64,000 nt of DNA from an uncultured Nitrososphaerota archaeon (GTDB taxonomy: Archaea > Thermoproteota > Nitrososphaeria > Nitrososphaerales > CADDZS01): assembly GCA_963799845.1 (NCBI GenBank), contig CAWCYI010000007.1:128001-192000 (forward strand), read 5' to 3'. Below are positions 57,702 to 64,000 of the stretch, in pieces. The position numbers were made by a program, and so were the translations under genes. Under the pieces are notes generated by a model, which worked only from the letters and a program-made list of their open reading frames with translations, had not been told where the DNA came from and made no database searches. The stretch's first letter is position 1. Every line of letters starts with the position of its first letter.

Positions 57702-58322
57702 ATGCCCAAAAGCGATCCTCCAAATGAAGATGAAGTTAAAAAGGCCGCAGAGATGCGTGAGTGGTTGGAGGAGAAGATCGCCGAAGCTGAGAGGGAGCTA
57801 TCACGCCTGAGAGACATGCAATCAATGGTTGATTCAATACTTCGAAAAAACAGTTTCGTTCCTGCAACTGAGCTACGCTCAAACTCGTCTAGTCCTTCGA
57901 AGCCTCTATCTTCGGAAAAAACTGGAACCGCAGTGAAATCGGAGATTCAAACTCCGACCGTCAAGAATTCAGAGGAGCCCCGACAACTTCGGCGCTCGAA
58001 TGATGGGAAGCTCATTGCGACTGCTTTCGTCACGCCGGAAAAAATTGTCGTTGTCCCGAGCAGTGACGTTAAAGTTTCACAAACCATACCACCATTTCAG
58101 AATTTTTTCGTCAACAGAATCGTCAAAGGCTACGAATTAAAAGATCAAGAACTTGTTTCCGCTGGAAAGCTTGATTCGCAACAAGCCCTAAAATTTGCTA
58201 TCGAGGAGTCCGACGGAAATATTAGCAAGGTTACGATCGAAAACTATAGAGAGAAAGTCAGACTCAATGAAATACTGAGCACTATCAATTGGGCCTTCAC
58301 TAGAATGCTGGAAAAAAAATAG
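57702..58322 (+). CDS. Conserved hypothetical protein with N-terminal coiled coil
   Basis: Coiled-coil N-terminus; PPF..FF..R, I.NY....RL.EI.....W...RM. Confidence 0.7.
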   Translation: MPKSDPPNEDEVKKAAEMREWLEEKIAEAERELSRLRDMQSMVDSILRKNSFVPATELRSNSSSPSKPLSSEKTGTAVKSEIQTPTVKNSEEPRQLRRSNDGKLIATAFVTPEKIVVVPSSDVKVSQTIPPFQNFFVNRIVKGYELKDQELVSAGKLDSQQALKFAIEESDGNISKVTIENYREKVRLNEILSTINWAFTRMLEKK

Positions 58323-58406
58323 GCCCTTCGAGGCCTCGATCAATAATAAAGCCTTATAGCAATCTTTCGATATTACAAATTCGGCAAGGGAGAAATTAGT
58401 AGTCTT

Positions 58407-59864
58407 TTGCCAGCCGACTTTTATTCTAAGCTTGTAAACGCCCGCGGCGTTTACACATTCCGCGACTTTGTGTTGCTTCCCGGAAGAAGCGATCTAGAAC
58501 CTTCGAATGTCGATCTTTCTATCAATCTGACCTCTAAACTGAAGTTGAACCTTCCGCTTGTTTCGTCGCCCATGGATACCGTGACTGAAGCAGACATGGC
58601 TATCGCACTAGCGAGACAAGGCGGGATCGGGATCATTCATCGAAACATGTCGATCGAAGAGCAGGTGGAAAACGCGAAGAAAGTAAAGCGCGCTGAATCC
58701 TTCATAATCCGTGACGTCGTGACAATAAGGTCCTACCAGAAAGTTTCGGAAGCCTTTGAACTGATGCAGAAAAACAGCATTTCCGGCCTCCCGGTTGTTG
58801 AAGGGGAGGATACTCTTGTAGGAATCCTGACCAGGAGGGACGTGAACTTTGCGGATCAAGGAGATGACGTGAAATCCGTAATGACGAGCGACGTAAAGTC
58901 GGCCGGGCCGGACGTAACAATCGAAGAGGCAAAGAAGATAATGCATCACCACAGGGTCGAAAAACTGCCCGTTGTGAACAACAATCGTAAACTCCTCGGC
59001 TTGATCACGATCAAGGACGTTTATTCCCGAGAGCGTAATTCCCTAGCTTCTCGAGACTCGGAAGGCAGACTGCTCGTCGGAGCTGCGATCTCGCCGCACG
59101 ATCTCGAAAGGGCGAAGGCTCTTGAGAAATACGTGGATGTCCTGGTTTCGGACGTCGCACACTTCCACAACGTCAACATTATCGAAGCTGCAAAAAAACT
59201 GACGAGAGAGGTCGGAACTGAATTAATTATCGGTAACATCGGAACTGCAGAAGCAACACGCGATTCGGTTACCTCCCTCGACGGAAAGATCGCTGCAATT
59301 CGCGCGGGAGTGGGTTCCGGTTCGATATGTGTTACTTCCGAAGTTACTAAAGCTGGCGCACCAACGCTATTTGCCGTCGCCCAAATCGGCGAGACTCTCG
59401 ACGAGCTCGGGCTGAATGTTCCGATCATCGCCGACGGTGGGATAAGGGCGGCGGGCGATGCTGCGCTTGCCCTAGCTTCTGGAGCTTCAGCAGTGATGAT
59501 GGGAAACGTCTTTGCTGGCTGTACCGAATCGCCCGGCGGCTTAATCAAGATCGGAGGAAAATACTACAAACCTTACCGGGGAATGGGAAGTATATCGTCA
59601 AGGCAAAAACGCTTTGCAATGGATCGCTACAACCAGCCCGCAAAGGGAATCGCGGAAGGGGTAGAGGGAGTCGTGCCTTACAGGGGAGACGTTCAAACCG
59701 TGGTTGAAGAGTTCAGTGCGGGTCTCAGAGCTTCTTTTGGTTATGCCGGAGCTGGCTCCATAGTTGATCTCTGGAGTAAAGCAAAGTTCGGCGCGGTGAG
59801 CGCGGCCGGAGTCGACGAGCTCAGACCCCACAACATCATCTTGCCTGGCGAAGAGAAGATTTAG
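58407..59864 (+). CDS. guaB: IMP dehydrogenase with CBS domains
   Basis: SSPMDTVTE, GIIHRN, GVGSGSICVT, IADGGI, YRGMGS, AEGVEG. Confidence 0.96.
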   Translation: MPADFYSKLVNARGVYTFRDFVLLPGRSDLEPSNVDLSINLTSKLKLNLPLVSSPMDTVTEADMAIALARQGGIGIIHRNMSIEEQVENAKKVKRAESFIIRDVVTIRSYQKVSEAFELMQKNSISGLPVVEGEDTLVGILTRRDVNFADQGDDVKSVMTSDVKSAGPDVTIEEAKKIMHHHRVEKLPVVNNNRKLLGLITIKDVYSRERNSLASRDSEGRLLVGAAISPHDLERAKALEKYVDVLVSDVAHFHNVNIIEAAKKLTREVGTELIIGNIGTAEATRDSVTSLDGKIAAIRAGVGSGSICVTSEVTKAGAPTLFAVAQIGETLDELGLNVPIIADGGIRAAGDAALALASGASAVMMGNVFAGCTESPGGLIKIGGKYYKPYRGMGSISSRQKRFAMDRYNQPAKGIAEGVEGVVPYRGDVQTVVEEFSAGLRASFGYAGAGSIVDLWSKAKFGAVSAAGVDELRPHNIILPGEEKI

Positions 59865-59869
59865 GCGGC

Positions 59870-61420
59870 TTGCCTTCTTCTGACTCTCTGGATAGGATTC
59901 TTGTTCTAGACTTTGGTGCTCAATATGCCCATCTGATATGCAGGCGGATTCGCGAGCTCGGCGTTTTCGCAGAACTTGTTCCGTTCGACATCTCGCGGGA
60001 GGAGGTTACAGCCAAGAAATCCCGAGGGCTAATCTTTTCCGGAGGACCAAGGAGTGTATTTTCGCGAGGGGCTCCTCTTCCCGGAGAATCACTCTACGAA
60101 CTTGGAATTCCGGTCCTCGGAATCTGCTATGGACTTCAAGCGCTTGTGCATCAGAAAGGGGGTGCAGTAGTCAGATCTTCGAAGAAGGAGTTCGGCAAGG
60201 CTGTTGTCAATTTTGATTCTAACTCTGCCTTGTTCTCGGGATTGGGCGAAACTTCTGTATGCTGGATGAGCCATGGAGACGCGGCGCAATCTCTCCCCGA
60301 CGGGTTTGCCTCAATTGCTTTTAGTGAAAACTCTCCCTATGCTGCGATATCATCCGGAAACCTGTTTGCAGTCCAATTTCATCCAGAGGTAACTCAAACC
60401 GAAAACGGGATGCAGATCCTTTCAAATTTCGTATTCGGCGTTTGCAAGTGCGAGAAAAACTGGACGCCCAAGGTCATGATTGAAGATGCTCTTGATATCC
60501 TCGAACGCAAGATCGGGCCGAATGAGAAAGTAATTTGCGCACTGAGCGGCGGAATTGATTCAGCAACTACCGCCGAACTACTGAAGAGGGTCATCGGCAA
60601 AAGGCTTTACTGCGTGTTTGTCGATCACGGCCTTTTACGTAAAGGAGAGCGGGACAAAATCAGCTCGATCTTTGGTCGTGAACTGGGAAAGAACTTGATA
60701 ATTCTTGATGACTCGAAAATTTTCCTGTCCAAACTCAAAGGTGTGAAAGATCCGGAAAGAAAAAGGCAAATAGTTGGAAGGCAGTTCATCAAATCGTTTA
60801 CAAAAGTTAGTAAGAGGATTGGAGGGATCAGGTGGTTGGCACAGGGTACTCTTTACACAGACATTATCGAAAGTGCGGCGGGAGCTTCAAAACACGAGGC
60901 CAAGATCAAGTCTCACCATAACGTCGGCGGACTTCCCAAGAACCTTGGTTTCGAGCTGATCGAGCCTCTCAGAGATCTCTACAAGGATGAAGTGCGCGAG
61001 GTAGCTTCGGCTTTGGGTTTGCCCCAGGAACTTGTAAGAACACACCCGTTTCCGGGGCCCGGGCTCTCGGTCAGGATCATCGGAGAGGTTACAAAAGAGA
61101 AACTACGGATCTGCCGGGATGCGAGCGCTATTGTCGAAGAGGAATTGATCAGAGCTGGCCTCTACAATAAGGTCTGGCAGGCTTACGCCGCGGTTGGTGA
61201 CGATCTTGCTACGGGAGTTCTAGGCGATGAAAGAAAGGTCGGCCACATTGCAATAGTCAGGATGGTCGAGTCGAAGGAAGCGATGACAGCGGACTGGAGC
61301 AGAGTCCCTTACACCATACTCGAAAAAATCAGTTCCAGGATTACGAACGAAGTGCCTGGGGTCACGTGGGTGACGTATGCTATATGCAGCAAGCCGCCTT
61401 CGACGATAGAACCGCAGTAA
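59870..61420 (+). CDS. guaA: GMP synthase (fused GATase + synthetase domains)
   Basis: LDFGAQY, GICYG, QFHPEV, LSGGIDS, IKSHHNV, KPPSTIE. Confidence 0.96.
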   Translation: MPSSDSLDRILVLDFGAQYAHLICRRIRELGVFAELVPFDISREEVTAKKSRGLIFSGGPRSVFSRGAPLPGESLYELGIPVLGICYGLQALVHQKGGAVVRSSKKEFGKAVVNFDSNSALFSGLGETSVCWMSHGDAAQSLPDGFASIAFSENSPYAAISSGNLFAVQFHPEVTQTENGMQILSNFVFGVCKCEKNWTPKVMIEDALDILERKIGPNEKVICALSGGIDSATTAELLKRVIGKRLYCVFVDHGLLRKGERDKISSIFGRELGKNLIILDDSKIFLSKLKGVKDPERKRQIVGRQFIKSFTKVSKRIGGIRWLAQGTLYTDIIESAAGASKHEAKIKSHHNVGGLPKNLGFELIEPLRDLYKDEVREVASALGLPQELVRTHPFPGPGLSVRIIGEVTKEKLRICRDASAIVEEELIRAGLYNKVWQAYAAVGDDLATGVLGDERKVGHIAIVRMVESKEAMTADWSRVPYTILEKISSRITNEVPGVTWVTYAICSKPPSTIEPQ

Positions 61421-62569
61421 CTAAGGTGCTTGAGCCCTCAGAAATTCCAGGACTTCAGGCGTTGTCGGGGAAATCATACTGTCCCGTGAAACGTATAGTC
61501 CGGCCGCGCCGTTTGCGAGAGTCAGGCGATCCTCGTCTTCCAGGCCGGTCATATATCCAACCAAGTCGGCGGCGTCCCATACATCTCCCGCCCCGGTTAT
61601 CGTTTTCTGTTTGAGGCGATTGCACTGGACCAGGGTAATCTCCTTCCTAAAGCATGAGACGCAGAACCGGTGGGTGTGGATGTCCACTCTTTCTCCAGTA
61701 AGATCTGCAAGTATCCGGATCGTCTTTTTGAGATCCTTTTCTGAATAATTCTGCGGGAGACGGTGGCCAGCAAGGACTCCTGACATTATTCTTGCTTCGT
61801 TATCGTTCATGCTGAAATATTGGATCAGGCCCCTGTCCAGCACTTTTTTCTTCAGTTCAGGCAGATCCTCAGCTTTTTCAGATACATCAGCCGGATCGAA
61901 AAACGTCTTGGTCCCACTTTTCTTCGCAAAGGTAAAGATGCTCTCAGCAAGTTCCGATCCTTTTTTGATCGATCCCCAGTTTACCAGGCCGACGTAATCA
62001 GAGTCCGCGATTCTCCGCCAGTGACCGTCCTGGATCTTCGAGCTATCAAAATCTTTGAGATCTCCAGCATCGCTGACCATAACGTTGACAATCCTTTTCC
62101 CCTTCTTGAACTCCAGTGCCACTGTAAATCCCGGATCTCCCTCAATGATGTCAAGATTAACCTTCGAAAGCTTGCGAAATGTAGATCTCAACATTTCAGC
62201 TGGGAGCGAATTTGCGATCGTGATGAGGTTTGCATTTACGCCAAGAGAGCCGAGCGCATAGGCTAGATTCACGGCGTTCCCGCCCTTTACCTCGGACTGG
62301 CGCACTCCCCTGATGCTTCCCCCACCTCCCTCCCTTCCCTTTCCTTCGATAGCCCTCGCGAGCTCGCCAAAGTTTTCAATACGAACGAATCGGTCGACAA
62401 AATAATCGGGAAGGACCGTGATAGTGCCGGAGTTTGTTACCTTGGCCAGAGCGGCCTGGATTCTCTCTAGATTGTCAATTGAGTTCAAATTTCTGGCCTT
62501 CGGAGGGATCCTGTCGTTTCTCTTTATTTCTGGAATTAAGCAAATTGTAAGTCTATTCCAGCAAATCAT
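61421..62569 (-). CDS. PfkB family carbohydrate kinase
   Basis: GGNAVN, FFDPAD, N.NEA, TGAGDVW. Confidence 0.85.
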   Translation of the reverse strand: MICWNRLTICLIPEIKRNDRIPPKARNLNSIDNLERIQAALAKVTNSGTITVLPDYFVDRFVRIENFGELARAIEGKGREGGGGSIRGVRQSEVKGGNAVNLAYALGSLGVNANLITIANSLPAEMLRSTFRKLSKVNLDIIEGDPGFTVALEFKKGKRIVNVMVSDAGDLKDFDSSKIQDGHWRRIADSDYVGLVNWGSIKKGSELAESIFTFAKKSGTKTFFDPADVSEKAEDLPELKKKVLDRGLIQYFSMNDNEARIMSGVLAGHRLPQNYSEKDLKKTIRILADLTGERVDIHTHRFCVSCFRKEITLVQCNRLKQKTITGAGDVWDAADLVGYMTGLEDEDRLTLANGAAGLYVSRDSMISPTTPEVLEFLRAQAP

Positions 62570-62600
62570 TTTTTAGCGTGGTAGGGAATAAGCCCTCTCA

Positions 62601-63013
62601 ATGTCGTCCTCGGGCTATCTCAAACGCGAGTCGCTGGTTGGAAAGTCGGTCGTTGCAAGAAACGCGGTAATAATCGGGACGGTCTCTGACCTCGCGGTAT
62701 CTTTGGACGGTAAAGTCGCTATCCAAGTCCAAAGAAAGACCACCGCGGATGGGACGGATTCTGGTGATATATTCGTCGGCCCCGACGAGATTCAGGCGGT
62801 TGGCGACGTTATTCTCCTAAAGACCACGTCCGACATGGCCGGAAAGGGAGTGTCTCTGCACCTGCGCCGGTAATGCCTCAAACTGTTCCAGGTTCAGTTA
62901 TGCCTCCACCGCCACCGGGAGTGTCCTCACAGGGCAAGGCCTGTCAAAAATGCGGGTATGTGAACGCGCCAAACGCGAAGTTCTGCATAAAGTGCGGCGC
63001 GGCCCTTCAATGA
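62601..63013 (+). CDS. PRC-barrel domain + Pro-rich linker + C-terminal zinc ribbon, with an apparent single-base deletion near 62850
   Basis: L.GK.V.....IG.V.D ... I..VGD.ILL, then in the shifted frame VSAPAPVMPQTVPGSVMPPPPPG..CQKCGYVNAPNAKFCIKCG-x4-stop. Confidence 0.72.
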
Positions 63014-63020
63014 ACGATTT

Positions 63021-64000
63021 CTAACTTAGAGCAAACTCGATTCTGCTAAACTCGGACACTAGCTTGTGCACGCGAGCTCTAATTTCATCTCTCGGTTTTT
63101 TCTGAATTAATGCGTCCGCAATAATTGATCCGATTTTTTCCATTTCATCCTCCTTCATTCCCCGTCTGGTGACTTCGGCAGTTCCCAGCCTGATACCGAT
63201 GTCAGCGATAATGTCGAGGTCCTGTAACCTGTCAGCTATGTCCACGGATTCCTCCTCACCGTAGTCCAGGAGAACCTGGTGCGATTTTGTAAATCCAACT
63301 GATTTGCACTTTACGGCGACGCCGAGATCGTCGAGAGTTTTTGCAAGCGCCCCCGAATTTCTGATTACCTGCTTGGCGTACTGCCTGCCAAATTTCAAGA
63401 GCTCAATCAGGGCGAAAGCGAGGCCTGCAACCCGGTTCACATGGATGTTGTCGACAATTCCCGGAAAAACTTTGGAATCAATTACAGAGAAGGCCGCCTC
63501 ATCGTTCGAAAGTATCAGGCCGCCCTGCGGACCAAACAAGGTTTTGTGAGTTGATCCCATCAAAATGCTGCAGCCCTCCGTCAAGGGTCGTTGAAATTCT
63601 CCACCTGCAATCAGCCCCATGACGTGGGAACCATCGTAAGCGGTTACTCCAGAATAGTTTTCGGGAAGAGAGGACCTGATCTCGTACGGAAATGGAATAA
63701 AGCTCGAGCCAAAGACTGTGAGCTCGGGAGATTCTTTCCCGATATATTCCCTCGTCCGGTCAGGAATTATGTTCATTATTTCCGGATCGTATGGAAAGTA
63801 GAGGTTCTTCAGGTGGAGAAGCGGCCCCAGCCCTTCCTTCGAGGAGCCCGGATAACCGCCGTGTTTCGGAGGGCAGGTGACTACTTTGTCCCCCGGTTTC
63901 AAGAACGACATGAATAGTATCAACGAGCAGGTGTGACCGGACAGAGGACGAACATCTGCAAACTTTGCTCCGTATACCTTCTTTGCCAGATCTACAGCCA
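63021..64000 (-). CDS. glyA: Serine hydroxymethyltransferase (5' end outside the window)
   Basis: RPLSG, YDGSHVMGLIAG, GSTHKTLFGPQGG (PLP Lys), T.SHQV, GIRLGT.E.TR.GM. Confidence 0.9.
   Translation of the reverse strand, partial: AVDLAKKVYGAKFADVRPLSGHTCSLILFMSFLKPGDKVVTCPPKHGGYPGSSKEGLGPLLHLKNLYFPYDPEIMNIIPDRTREYIGKESPELTVFGSSFIPFPYEIRSSLPENYSGVTAYDGSHVMGLIAGGEFQRPLTEGCSILMGSTHKTLFGPQGGLILSNDEAAFSVIDSKVFPGIVDNIHVNRVAGLAFALIELLKFGRQYAKQVIRNSGALAKTLDDLGVAVKCKSVGFTKSHQVLLDYGEEESVDIADRLQDLDIIADIGIRLGTAEVTRRGMKEDEMEKIGSIIADALIQKKPRDEIRARVHKLVSEFSRIEFALS

Overview
Archaeal chromosome segment, most likely a Nitrososphaerota (Thaumarchaeota)-like TACK archaeon. This is inferred from eS26, topoisomerase VI, archaeal ThrRS, an intron-less cbf5, position-15/16 tRNA introns and the absence of eL14/eL34 from their usual slots. 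From left to right it contains: a bacterial-type alpha-glucan cluster (glgX-like end, glgE, glgB, GH57); a large Ser/Thr-rich surface protein; a small catabolic cluster; tRNA-Val(TAC) with two non-canonical introns; metG, ahcY, apt and mtnP; rio1-KH-top6B-top6A; thrS; the full S10/spc ribosomal protein superoperon through secY-adk-DUF106-cmk-cbf5; tRNA-Ser(GGA) with three introns; then guaB-guaA and a partial glyA. Main observations: (1) both tRNAs carry multiple BHB introns; (2) the single-base frameshifts that break thrS, cmk, pgsA and ahcY, plus one in the aminotransferase, sit at AGCT, suggesting base-calling errors at a modified AGCT motif; (3) roughly helically phased AGCT clusters sharing an exact 13-mer lie in non-coding DNA beside both tRNA genes; (4) a GlgE pathway in an archaeon; (5) a cytoplasmic HiPIP-like protein. 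No CRISPR array, rRNA, integrase or transposase was recognised. All family calls come from motif recognition by eye, not database searches.
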